A stretch of DNA of 20,604 bases from assembly GCA_046861385.1 (NCBI GenBank), contig JBHHTW010000036.1, positions 1 through 20,604 on the forward strand, given 5' to 3'. Below the pieces are notes generated by a model. That model ran no database searches and was not told where the DNA came from. It worked only from the letters and a program-made list of their open reading frames with translations. The position numbers and the translations under genes are program-made. This document shows, piece after piece, positions 8,830 to 18,108 of the stretch (position 1 is the stretch's first letter; each line of letters starts with the position of its first letter). Source of the stretch: Fidelibacterota bacterium (GTDB lineage: Bacteria; Fidelibacterota; Marinisomatia; Marinisomatales; TCS55).

Positions 8830-8851
8830 TACTCGCTAATTACTCGCTAAT
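8830..8851. promoter_or_regulatory. Tandem 11-bp direct repeat, candidate LexA operator
   Basis: TACTCGCTAAT TACTCGCTAAT, 17-38 bp upstream of the lexA start codon. Confidence 0.5.
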
Positions 8852-9013
8852 AAATTACACCAATTTAATTTTTTGAAACAAATGAAATTTTATTAGAGGA
8901 ATTAGTAATGATAAATAATGTTCCAAACCAGATTGTTTACGTGCAAATAGTTAATGTAGTAATATTATGTTAGGCAATTTAAAAAAGTTGTAATAAGTTT
9001 ATATATTAAACTT

Positions 9014-9835
9014 ATGGTTCAATTATTAAACACACAGAAATCCTCCCCGAATTTGTCACTCCAAAATGGGTCTGTAATAAAAACATTTCAGATACTTGAA
9101 CAGTTTACGAGAGAAAATCCTGAACTGACCATAAACGATATCGCAAGACCCACCGGGATAAATCGTTCAACGGTCTTTCGGTTTTTGAATTCTTTACAAT
9201 CATTAGGAATAATTGAAAGGACTGATGAAGGGTTATACAAATTGGGTATTCGGCTTTTTGAGCTCGGAATTCGCGTGGATGTTAATCAGTCTATTGTAGA
9301 CAAAGCGCAGCCATATTTACGGGAACTATCAAATCGAGTTCAAGAGTCTTCATGTTTATCCATACGTGACAGAGTGGATGCGCTCTGTTTAGTTAATGAG
9401 GAGTCTGTACAGAATATTCGCATAGACATCCCGGTGGGAACCAGAAATCCCATGTACTGTACGTCAATGGGAAAAGCGATTCTAGCTTTCATGGATTCTG
9501 AATTTTTAGATTTATATTTTGACATCACTGAATTAAGGAAACGAGCAACCAACACGATAACGACAGAATCAGAAGTGCGAAGTGAACTTAACCGAATTCA
9601 AAGTTCATTTATTAGTTATGATGAAGAAGAGTTTGCTGCTGATGTTTATTGTATCGGAACACCAGTCTTTGACATTAATGAACACCCGGTAGCAGCCATT
9701 AGTATATCTGGTTTGATGAGCAGAATAATCGATCAAAAAGATTCGATTTCAGAAGCAGTACTGTACGCTGGAAAGATGATTACAAAGGCAATTGGCGGCC
9801 ACTATCCGTCTAGGTATTCAACCAAAATATATTGA
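9014..9835 (+). CDS. IclR-family transcriptional regulator
   Basis: HTH SVIKTFQILE...GINRSTVFRFLNSL...YKLG; effector-domain motif PMYCTSMGKAILA and VAAISISG. Confidence 0.93.
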   Translation: MVQLLNTQKSSPNLSLQNGSVIKTFQILEQFTRENPELTINDIARPTGINRSTVFRFLNSLQSLGIIERTDEGLYKLGIRLFELGIRVDVNQSIVDKAQPYLRELSNRVQESSCLSIRDRVDALCLVNEESVQNIRIDIPVGTRNPMYCTSMGKAILAFMDSEFLDLYFDITELRKRATNTITTESEVRSELNRIQSSFISYDEEEFAADVYCIGTPVFDINEHPVAAISISGLMSRIIDQKDSISEAVLYAGKMITKAIGGHYPSRYSTKIY

Positions 9836-9996
9836 AAATAAGTTGATAATGATTTTTTGCAAACAAATTTCTGATTAAAAAAAATATCGTACTTTTTTTA
9901 AAATCAAAAAACAGGATAAAATGATCAAATCATCTCAATATGAATATTAATTCAAAATTATATTTTTTTAACTAAACCAACAAGGATAACCAAGTT

Positions 9997-11853
9997 ATGG
10001 CAAATGAAAAAACAGGAAGGTTCCCGGATCCTCATGAATATGAAGTTCCAGCTAACCTTGAGGGGTGGGAGGAAATGTATCCTTCCCATCAATTATTTTC
10101 TAGTGAAAGAAAAGAATGGGAAAAAAGTCAGTTCTGGTTTCAAGATAAGATTCATGCACCGGAAGCTATACCACCGCTGGATCATATTTTTCAGGAAGCG
10201 TGGCAGATTTCATTATCTCAGTATTCTACCCGTGTATTTTGTATACCTCCGGCTCAGGGAATCGCTCAAAGAATGGTGGGATGTTATTTATATATCTGTG
10301 CCATTGCGCCCCCTCCCGATGAAGTGATCGGAGAAAAAGCCCAACGATTTGAAAAACGGGTATTTCCGGTTTTTAAAAATTATGATCAGCTCTGGGAAAA
10401 ATGGCTGGTCAAGTTCAAAGCGCTCGGAAAAGAAATGGATGAATTGGATATTCCTCATGAGCTGCCGGAATTTATACCGGAAGAAGATGTGTTTCCTGAT
10501 TTAAAAGGATGCTATGTATCCTATGACATCATGGAGAAATTTGACCGGTTAGTGAATATGATGTTCAAGGGATGGCAGTATCACTTCGAGATGCTGAATT
10601 TATCCTATCTGGCATACCTGATGTTTGCTGATGTAGCTCGGAATTTATTCCCGGGAATCAGCGAAAGTTCCATCGGAAAAATGGTTGCCGGTGCTTATGT
10701 GGCCATGTTCCGTCCGGAAGAAGAACTATGTCAACTGGCCAGATTAGCTCATTCCCAACGGGGTGTTTCAGATATATTGAAAAGTGACTCCTCTGTGAAT
10801 GAGAAAGTAGACCAATTAAAGAACTTAACAGATGGAAGAAACTGGTTGGATCACTTTGATAATATTAAAAGTCCATGGTTCTTTGTCTCCTGTGGGAGTG
10901 GTTGGTATCATCATGAAGGAAGCTGGATTACCAATCTGGAAATTCCATTCGGATATATTAAAAGCTATCTCGAACAACTGGATAATGGAGAAACCATCGA
11001 AAGATCATTGGATAAAATAGAACAGGAGCGGGATCAAATTGTGGCAGAATACCGCGGATTGATTTCGACAGATGAAGATAGAAAAACATTCGATGACACG
11101 TATGAAACCATTCGGTCTATTTACCGATATGCTGAGGATCATTTATTCTGGGTTGAACATTGGTTTCATACCATCTGGTACAGCAAGGTCAGAGAATTCG
11201 GACAACTTCTGGTTAACTCTGAGATGTTAAATGAAGTGGATGACATATTTATGTTCAACCGCTATGAAATTCCGGAACTACTGACTGAATTATCCACTGG
11301 TTGGGCACTTGGAGTGAATATTCCCATGAGAAGCGATTACTACAAAGCAAAAGTTGCGAAACGTAAGGAAATCCTTGATGCTGCAAGAGAATGGAATCCA
11401 GATCCAGCATTGGGCATCCCTCCCGAAGAAATCGCTGAACCCTTTACTATTATGCTTTGGGGGATAACCACCGACAGAGTCCAGGAATGGTTGAAAGGAG
11501 TTGATGGTTCATCCGGGAAAGATGTATCTGAAATTAAAGGGTTTGCATCGTCAGCCGGAGTAGCTGAAGGATCGGCGAGGGTTTTGAAGCTTCTGAAGGA
11601 CATTGTCAAAATACAACCTGGTGAAATACTGGTCTGTGCTTCCACCAATCCTTCATGGGCTCCCATATTCACAAAAATAAAAGGTGCTGTAACCGATATC
11701 GGTGGATTAACCAGCCATGCTGCAATCGTTTGCAGGGAGTATGGGATTCCTTCAGTTACCGGTACTGGGGTTGCTACTACAGCAATTAAAACGGGTGATA
11801 TGATTCGGGTAGATGGTGATACAGGAGAAGTATCTATCTTGAAACGAGCCTAA
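9997..11853 (+). CDS. ppsA: Phenylphosphate synthase subunit A-like protein (PEP-utilising mobile His domain)
   Basis: N-terminus FPDPHE...EGWEEMYP, EAWQISLSQ, WQYHFEMLNL and EDHLFWVEHW resemble Thauera PpsA (from memory); phosphohistidine motif TDIGGLTSHAAIVCREYGIP with His574 (codon 11716-11718). Symbol used in the phenylphosphate-synthase sense. Confidence 0.85.
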   Translation: MANEKTGRFPDPHEYEVPANLEGWEEMYPSHQLFSSERKEWEKSQFWFQDKIHAPEAIPPLDHIFQEAWQISLSQYSTRVFCIPPAQGIAQRMVGCYLYICAIAPPPDEVIGEKAQRFEKRVFPVFKNYDQLWEKWLVKFKALGKEMDELDIPHELPEFIPEEDVFPDLKGCYVSYDIMEKFDRLVNMMFKGWQYHFEMLNLSYLAYLMFADVARNLFPGISESSIGKMVAGAYVAMFRPEEELCQLARLAHSQRGVSDILKSDSSVNEKVDQLKNLTDGRNWLDHFDNIKSPWFFVSCGSGWYHHEGSWITNLEIPFGYIKSYLEQLDNGETIERSLDKIEQERDQIVAEYRGLISTDEDRKTFDDTYETIRSIYRYAEDHLFWVEHWFHTIWYSKVREFGQLLVNSEMLNEVDDIFMFNRYEIPELLTELSTGWALGVNIPMRSDYYKAKVAKRKEILDAAREWNPDPALGIPPEEIAEPFTIMLWGITTDRVQEWLKGVDGSSGKDVSEIKGFASSAGVAEGSARVLKLLKDIVKIQPGEILVCASTNPSWAPIFTKIKGAVTDIGGLTSHAAIVCREYGIPSVTGTGVATTAIKTGDMIRVDGDTGEVSILKRA

Positions 11854-11865
11854 ATGCGTTATATT

Positions 11866-11910
11866 TGTGTAACAGAGGATGGATGATTAATTCCAATCCT
11901 CTGTTACACA
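11866..11910 (+). other. Long intergenic stem-loop between ppsA and ppsB
   Basis: TGTGTAACAGAGGAT (11866-11880) and ATCCTCTGTTACACA (11896-11910) form a perfect 15-bp inverted repeat; no plus-strand U-tract. Confidence 0.75.
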
Positions 11911-12012
11911 TAAGGGATTGATGAATAGTTATCGAAATAATCCCCTGTACAATTTCTAACGAATTAATTTTAATGAGGATGCTTTAACAATGAATGAACA
12001 AATGAGTCGAAA

Positions 12013-13080
12013 ATGAAACCTATTATTAATTTCAAATCTATCGATAAAGGATTTCTAAATATGGTAGGTGGGAAAAATGCCAGTCTTGGAGAAATGATCA
12101 AAGCAGGCATCCGTGTTCCCCAGGGGTTTGCCGTCACTACCGAAAGTTATCTTCACTTTATCACAAAATACGGAATCATCGACAAAATTTATTCCATGTT
12201 GTCAAATGTGGATGTCGATGACATAAAAGCTTTGGATATTGCAAGTCAAAAAATTCGAGCTTCAATAGTGAGAACACCCATGTCCAGTGAAACGCAGACA
12301 TCCATATGGAAGGGATATGAAGAATTAGGCCGGGAATACCACGACAGGAATATTCCTGTTGCGGTTCGGTCGAGTGCCACAGCAGAAGATCTTCCGACAG
12401 CCAGTTTTGCGGGACAACAGGATACGTATCTCTGGACCATCGGCATTGCTCAGGTTCTTGCAAATGTAAAACGGTGCTGGGCAAGCCTCTTTACATCCAG
12501 GGCTATTTCCTATAGGATCAAAAACGGTTTTTCCCATGAAGATGTATTGATCAGTGTTGGAATTCAAAAGATGGTCAGTTCAAAAACATCCGGAGTTATG
12601 TTTACACTTAATCCATCCAATGGAGACCCGTCTAAAGTAGTGATAGAAGGAAGCTGGGGTTTTGGTGAAACTGTGGTTGGAGGATATGTCAATCCAGACA
12701 AATTTGTCGTAGATAAAGTGACTCAGGAAATAAATGAGAGAAAAATATCACAAAAACACATTGAATGTGTTTATGATCCCGACTTGGATGAAGTAGTACA
12801 AACAGATGTGAAAGATGAATTACAGCTGGAAAGATGTTTACGAGATGAGGAAATCAGGGAGCTTGTAAGAGTCGCTAAAATTATTGAAAAACATTATGGT
12901 TACCCCCAAGATATCGAATGGTCAATAGATAAAGATTTATCGTTTCCCGAGAATGTATTTATTGTCCAGAGTCGGCCGGAAACCGTTTGGAGCCAAAAGA
13001 AGAAAAAACCAATTCTCGGTGGAAAAAGCAGTTATCAAATCATGATAGATCGGGGATTAAAACGAATCAAAATTAAATAA
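12013..13080 (+). CDS. ppsB: Phenylphosphate synthase subunit B-like protein (ATP-binding N-terminal domain of PEP synthase)
   Basis: VGGKNASLGEM, VAVRSSATAEDLPTASFAGQQDTYL, PQDIEW, VQSRPETVWS; stand-alone 355 aa without His or PEP domain. Confidence 0.88.
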   Translation: MKPIINFKSIDKGFLNMVGGKNASLGEMIKAGIRVPQGFAVTTESYLHFITKYGIIDKIYSMLSNVDVDDIKALDIASQKIRASIVRTPMSSETQTSIWKGYEELGREYHDRNIPVAVRSSATAEDLPTASFAGQQDTYLWTIGIAQVLANVKRCWASLFTSRAISYRIKNGFSHEDVLISVGIQKMVSSKTSGVMFTLNPSNGDPSKVVIEGSWGFGETVVGGYVNPDKFVVDKVTQEINERKISQKHIECVYDPDLDEVVQTDVKDELQLERCLRDEEIRELVRVAKIIEKHYGYPQDIEWSIDKDLSFPENVFIVQSRPETVWSQKKKKPILGGKSSYQIMIDRGLKRIKIK

Positions 13081-13132
13081 CCTTTCAAAACCAACATTCA
13101 CAAAAACAAATAGAAACGGAGGATTTCAATCC

Positions 13133-14533
13133 ATGAAAGACATGAGAGATTTTATTAAGGAAGGGGAGAAAATAGGGATAGTTAAACGGATTACAGCAGA
13201 AGTGGATCCCTACCTGGAATTATCCCATATTGCCAAGCTCAATGAAGAAGAACGAGGCCCCGCTTTACTCTTTGAAAATATTAAGGGATATAGCTCACCA
13301 GTGATTACTAGTGTTTGTACAACAGAAGAACGGTTAGCATTTATCATGGGAATGCCGAGAGAATCAACCCTTTTTGATTTATATGATTCCTGGGCCAAAC
13401 GGGGAGAAACATTAATTCCACCCCGCTTTGTAGAAACAGCACCCTGCAAGGAAAATATTTTGCTGGGAGACGATATTGACCTTTACCGATTTCCCATTCC
13501 CCATTATTATCCTCTGGATGGAGGGCCTTATTATGGAACGGCACATTTTGTGATTACGAAAGACCCGGATTCCGGATGGGTCAATCTTGGAACTTACCGG
13601 GGGCAGCTGTTTGAGAAGGATAAAGTCGGAACTCAGTTTATCAAAGGGAAGCATGCTGACATCATGCTGAAAAAATATCAAGAACGAGGCGAAAAAATGC
13701 CAGTGGCTTCTATTTCCGGATGTGATCCCTTATTATTCATTCTTGGGGCATCCAGAGTATCTGCATTTGTGTCCGAATATGATGTGGCAGGCGCACTTCG
13801 GGGCGAACCGGTGGAGGTGATAAAAGGTGAAACAGTGGATTTACCTGTTCCTGCCATGGCTGAAATGGTGGTGGAAGGTTTTGTTGATCCGGAAACATTC
13901 TATGAAGAAGGACCCTTTGGCGAATATACAGGGTATTACTCAGGCGTCGGGGCTGATCCGAGAAATTTTATCCAGGTCACCTGTATCACCCATCGAAATA
14001 ATCCCATTCATCATGGAACGACGGTTGGACGAGCGGTAACGGACACCCACATGACGATGGCTCTTTCCTACGGAGCTACCCTTTGGCAGCAATTAAATGC
14101 CATGAAAATTCCCGGACTGAAATCCTGTTACTGTCCACCGGAAGGATCCGGTAGGTTTCTGGCCATCATTTCAATTAAGCAAATGTATCCAGGACACGTG
14201 GACCAGGTGTTGACTGCTGCAATCTCAACTGAGATGGGAGCTTATGGACTTAAAACAGTCATTGTAGTAGATGATGATGTGGATCCGTGGGATATTCCCC
14301 GGGTGATGTATGCATTAAGTTTTCGGTTTCAACCCAATCGAAGCCAAGTGATCAAAAGAGGACGTTCTACCCCCTTAGACCCGTCTTTGCCCATCCATTC
14401 CCGTGAAATAACAGGCCGGTTGCTTTTGGACGCTACAATTCCCTACGAATGGAAAGATAAACCGATCCCGATTGAATTAGATCCCAATGTTGTTGCAAAA
14501 GTAAAAGCCCGATGGTCCGAATTAGGATTTTAG
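13133..14533 (+). CDS. ppcB: UbiD-family prFMN (de)carboxylase, phenylphosphate carboxylase beta-like
   Basis: UbiD motifs PALLFENIKGY, DGGPY, NLGTYR, EGPFGEYTGYY; PpcB-like segments GRAVTDTHM, IKRGRSTPLDP and DATIPYEWK. Confidence 0.85.
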   Translation: MKDMRDFIKEGEKIGIVKRITAEVDPYLELSHIAKLNEEERGPALLFENIKGYSSPVITSVCTTEERLAFIMGMPRESTLFDLYDSWAKRGETLIPPRFVETAPCKENILLGDDIDLYRFPIPHYYPLDGGPYYGTAHFVITKDPDSGWVNLGTYRGQLFEKDKVGTQFIKGKHADIMLKKYQERGEKMPVASISGCDPLLFILGASRVSAFVSEYDVAGALRGEPVEVIKGETVDLPVPAMAEMVVEGFVDPETFYEEGPFGEYTGYYSGVGADPRNFIQVTCITHRNNPIHHGTTVGRAVTDTHMTMALSYGATLWQQLNAMKIPGLKSCYCPPEGSGRFLAIISIKQMYPGHVDQVLTAAISTEMGAYGLKTVIVVDDDVDPWDIPRVMYALSFRFQPNRSQVIKRGRSTPLDPSLPIHSREITGRLLLDATIPYEWKDKPIPIELDPNVVAKVKARWSELGF

Positions 14534-14536
14534 TCC

Positions 14537-15784
14537 ATGGCAAGTCAAAAAACCATTCTCATTATCGCCAATCTGGATACCAGAGGTTATGAATTCAAGT
14601 TCGTAAAAGAATTAATTCAGTCCAGAGGGCACCGTGCCATTCTTCTGGATTTCAGTATGGAACAAGAACCTTTTTTCGAGGGTGACATCACTTGCGAAGA
14701 AGTGGCCGAAGCTGGAGGAATCAGCAATATTCAGGAGGTTCGCCGGTTATATAGATCTGAACGGCAGAAAGCCACCCAAAACCAAATCTCCGGGGCAACT
14801 CTAATTGCAAAAGCGTTGCTCAAAGAAGGTAAAATACATGGCATCCTAGGTGTGGGAGGAGGAACCTCTTCACTGGTATCAACGAGCATTATGAAATCCA
14901 TGCCCTTTGGAATGCCGAAATTGATGGCTTCCAGTATGGCTGGTCATCCAAAGTATGTGGGTAAATATGTGGGGACTAAAGATATTACGATGCTCAATAC
15001 AGTCGTTGATGTGGTGGAACTTAACCCAATCCTCAAAACGCAGCTCATCAATGCAGTCGGTGCCATTTGTGGAATGGTGGACATTTCTCCCGGCTGGAAA
15101 GTGGAATTTGAACAGCCAGTCGTTGCCATGACATCCTTTGGTTTTGCCGAGCGTGCTGTGGAACCCTCTATCCACTTTCTGCGGGAAAAGGGTTATATCC
15201 CGGTCCCATGTCACGCCCAGGGACGAGGAGACCGGGCCATGGATGAACTCATTCGGGAAGGATGGTTTCAGGGGGTCATTGATTTCGTGACCCGGGGGAT
15301 TGGAGAACAGCTTTTGGATGGAAATTGTGCGGCTGGGAATGACCGAATTTTGGCTGCTTCAGAATCAGGTATTCCCCAAGTAGTGGCTCCTTCCGGATTG
15401 GATATGTTGAGCATTGGGGGTCGAAAGGATTTAATAGAAAAATATAAGGATCGGCCACAAGCCGTGATTGATGAGTTAAGGATTGAAGTCAGGACGCAGG
15501 TTCAAGAATTGGAAGAAATGGCATCCATTATGGCCAGTCGATTAAATGCCTCGACGGCTCCTTGTGCCGTTCTAAACCCTTTAAAGGGTTGGAGTTCATT
15601 GGATGAAAAAGGACATACCCTTTATGATCCCGAGGCAGACCAGGCTTTTATGGATGCATTGAAATCAAATCTGAAACCTCACATTCAAATCAAAGATATC
15701 GAACTTCATTTGAATAGCCCTGAATTCGGAAAAGAAGCATTCAAATGTTTCCATCAACTATACAGTAGCTGGAAACAATCTTAA
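14537..15784 (+). CDS. UPF0261 / Tm-1-like ATP-binding domain protein
   Basis: IANLDTRGYE, GVGGGTSS...MKSMPFGMPKLMASS, YVGTKDITMLNTVVDVVELN, HAQGRGDRAMDELI, GIPQVVAPSGLDM, PLKGWSSLD. Confidence 0.85.
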   Translation: MASQKTILIIANLDTRGYEFKFVKELIQSRGHRAILLDFSMEQEPFFEGDITCEEVAEAGGISNIQEVRRLYRSERQKATQNQISGATLIAKALLKEGKIHGILGVGGGTSSLVSTSIMKSMPFGMPKLMASSMAGHPKYVGKYVGTKDITMLNTVVDVVELNPILKTQLINAVGAICGMVDISPGWKVEFEQPVVAMTSFGFAERAVEPSIHFLREKGYIPVPCHAQGRGDRAMDELIREGWFQGVIDFVTRGIGEQLLDGNCAAGNDRILAASESGIPQVVAPSGLDMLSIGGRKDLIEKYKDRPQAVIDELRIEVRTQVQELEEMASIMASRLNASTAPCAVLNPLKGWSSLDEKGHTLYDPEADQAFMDALKSNLKPHIQIKDIELHLNSPEFGKEAFKCFHQLYSSWKQS

Positions 15785-15788
15785 AATC

Positions 15789-16208
15789 ATGGATACGGAC
15801 CATTCTGTATTTACGGTCACTACTCATGAAGGATCTTATGATTTGACCGCCAGTATCCGGTTCATCGGAAAAGATATTCTGATTGCTGTTTGGGGAGGCG
15901 ATACTCCCCATATTGGTGCCGTTGCCACCTCCCAGTCTCAGGAAAGTATTGTGAATCCAAAGAAGAATAATGCCACCGTTTCTATTTTTTGCTTTCCGGG
16001 TCACATGGAAGATCGACTGATAAAACCAATTGCAGAGAAAGTGGCCTTATTTTCAGAATCAAATGTCGTTGTTACCGGAGGAACACATTGGAATAACATA
16101 GACAACGTAGGTATTCAAAAAGTGTTAAAAAATGGTCATGTATTAGCAGACTTAATTATGAAAATATTATTAGAAAATAGAAAACAACTCATGAAAGTAG
16201 AGCCATAA
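15789..16208 (+). CDS. LpdD-like prenylated-flavin binding/chaperone protein
   Basis: IGKDILIAVWGGDTPHIGAV...GHMED...VVVTGGTH resembles L. plantarum LpdD (GGxxPHIG, AGIH; from memory); TAATG overlap with ubiX. Confidence 0.7.
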   Translation: MDTDHSVFTVTTHEGSYDLTASIRFIGKDILIAVWGGDTPHIGAVATSQSQESIVNPKKNNATVSIFCFPGHMEDRLIKPIAEKVALFSESNVVVTGGTHWNNIDNVGIQKVLKNGHVLADLIMKILLENRKQLMKVEP

Positions 16209-16768
16209 TGTCCAAAAAAATAATAATCGGAATTTCGGGAGCCAGTGGTGTGATCTATGGTGTAAAGCTTTTGTCCGTTTTAATGGAAAAAGATATAGAA
16301 ACACATTTAATTATTTCAGAATCCGGAGAAAAAAATCTTCAAATTGAAACAGATTACCAAATAGATGATGTAAAACAAATGGCCTCCTATGTTTATAATC
16401 CTAAAAACATGGGTGCAAAAGTATCCAGCGGTTCCTTTTTAGTGGATGGAATGGTGGTCGTTCCCTGCACAATAAAGACACTTTCTGGTATCGCAAATTC
16501 TTATTCTGAGAATCTGATTGTTCGAGCCGCCGATGTAACATTGAAAGAGAAAAGAAAATTGTTATTGGTCGTCAGAGAAACGCCGCTTCATAAAGGACAT
16601 TTGAATTTGATGCTCAAAGCATCTGATCACGGCGCACAGATAATGCCGCCGGTACCTTCCTTTTATCATAATCCTAAAACCATTGATGATATTATCGACC
16701 AAACCATTGGGAAGATACTGGATTATTTTAATATTGAGCATCATCTATTTCAACGGTGGGGAGAGTAA
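16208..16768 (+). CDS. ubiX: Flavin prenyltransferase UbiX
   Basis: IIIGISGASGVIYG, SSGSF, PCTIKTLSGIA, RAADVTLKEKRKLLLVVRETP, PPVPSFYHNP. Confidence 0.96.
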   Translation: MSKKIIIGISGASGVIYGVKLLSVLMEKDIETHLIISESGEKNLQIETDYQIDDVKQMASYVYNPKNMGAKVSSGSFLVDGMVVVPCTIKTLSGIANSYSENLIVRAADVTLKEKRKLLLVVRETPLHKGHLNLMLKASDHGAQIMPPVPSFYHNPKTIDDIIDQTIGKILDYFNIEHHLFQRWGE

Positions 16769-16779
16769 GCGAAACTAAA

Positions 16780-18108
16780 ATGTGCTATTCATTGCCCTAT
16801 TGGAATCCTTTCCTTGAGACATTGCCATCGGAAAAAATCCGAAAGCTCCAATTAAAGAAATTCAAAAGAATATTTTCCTGGGCATATCATCAGTCCAAGT
16901 TTCATCGAGGACTCTACGAAGAAGCAGGAATTAAACCGGGAGATATTCAATCGATGGCTGATCTCACCCGGATTCCCACAGTAGAAAAATCAATGATGAG
17001 AGATATCCAGGGTAAAGCACCGTTTCCGTATGGGGATGCCCTTTGTGTCCCCTTGTCAGATGTAACAGCCTACAGGCAAACCAGCGGGACGACAGGACAA
17101 CCCGTCTATCAGCCGGATACATGGCAGGACTGGGAATGGTGGTCGGAGTGCTGGGCTCAACTGTTATGGGCACAAGGCTACCGACCGGAAGATCGTGTTT
17201 TCATTCCTTTTGGATATAACGTATTCGTTGCTTTTTGGGCTGGACATTATGGTGCAGAAAAAATCGGCTGTGAAGTCATTCCTGGAGGCGTACTGGATAC
17301 CCGGGCAAGAATTTTGAAAATACAGGAATTAAATGCCACAGCCATGATGGGAACACCCACCTATATGCTGGGAATGGCGGACGTGGCCCGGAATGAACTA
17401 GGGATAGAACCATCGGAGTTATCGATCAATAAAATTACCTGTGCTGGAGAACCGGGTGCTAGTATCCCCAGTACTAAAAAACGTTTGGAAAACGATTGGG
17501 GTGCGAAAGTGTATGACCATGCCGGAGCCACTGAGATCGGTGCATGGTCTTTTGAGTGTCTGGAACAGCCGGGAAGCATGCACGTGAATGAAGGATTATT
17601 TCTGGTGGAAATTGTGGATATGGATACTGGAGAAACAATTGAAGATCCTGGTGTAAAAGGGAAAATGGTTATCACCGCCCTGGATCGCCAGGCCCAACCC
17701 TGTATACGGTTTGATTCAAAAGATATCATTGAATGGGATCCAGAACCATGCGCTTGCGGAAGAACTTCCAGAATGATTAAAGGGGGTGTTTTAGGTCGAA
17801 CGGATGATATTACAAAAGTAAAAGGAGTTCTATTTTCTCCAACTTCTATCGAAGATGTAGTTAGGGGAATTGAAAGATTGGGCAATGAATATGAATTACA
17901 GATAGAAGAAGTAAATCATCGGGATATTATCAAACTCCAGGTGGAAGTTTTAGAGGGGTCACAGGATTATATAGATGAAATTCGTTTCGAACTATCTGAT
18001 CAACTCCGGTTGAAAACCAATTTAAATTATGATATTACTTTTCACAGTTATGGAGATTTACCCAGATATCCGGTGAAAGCAAAACGGTTTAAGGATCTTA
18101 GAAAATGA
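16780..18108 (+). CDS. Phenylacetate-CoA ligase (PaaK) family aryl-CoA ligase
   Basis: ANL motifs QTSGTTGQP, AGEPG, DHAGATEIG, IRFDSKD, GRTDDITKVKGV, KAKRFKD; ATG 16780 preferred over the GTG at 16756 that overlaps ubiX. Confidence 0.88.
   Translation: MCYSLPYWNPFLETLPSEKIRKLQLKKFKRIFSWAYHQSKFHRGLYEEAGIKPGDIQSMADLTRIPTVEKSMMRDIQGKAPFPYGDALCVPLSDVTAYRQTSGTTGQPVYQPDTWQDWEWWSECWAQLLWAQGYRPEDRVFIPFGYNVFVAFWAGHYGAEKIGCEVIPGGVLDTRARILKIQELNATAMMGTPTYMLGMADVARNELGIEPSELSINKITCAGEPGASIPSTKKRLENDWGAKVYDHAGATEIGAWSFECLEQPGSMHVNEGLFLVEIVDMDTGETIEDPGVKGKMVITALDRQAQPCIRFDSKDIIEWDPEPCACGRTSRMIKGGVLGRTDDITKVKGVLFSPTSIEDVVRGIERLGNEYELQIEEVNHRDIIKLQVEVLEGSQDYIDEIRFELSDQLRLKTNLNYDITFHSYGDLPRYPVKAKRFKDLRK

Noticed and set aside
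9872-9905. AT-rich inverted repeat TGATTAAAAAAAA...TTTTTTTAAAATCA as IclR operator or terminator
   Set aside because: Made mostly of homopolymer runs; cannot be distinguished from chance
9997-13080. Split or frameshifted PEP synthase / rifampicin phosphotransferase
   Set aside because: No PEP-binding barrel; both ORFs are intact with their own starts; order and motifs match phenylphosphate synthase A/B next to a UbiD carboxylase
9340-17885. Antisense and nested ORFs across the aromatic cluster, including 174-aa 17361-17885
   Set aside because: Shadows of conserved plus-strand genes
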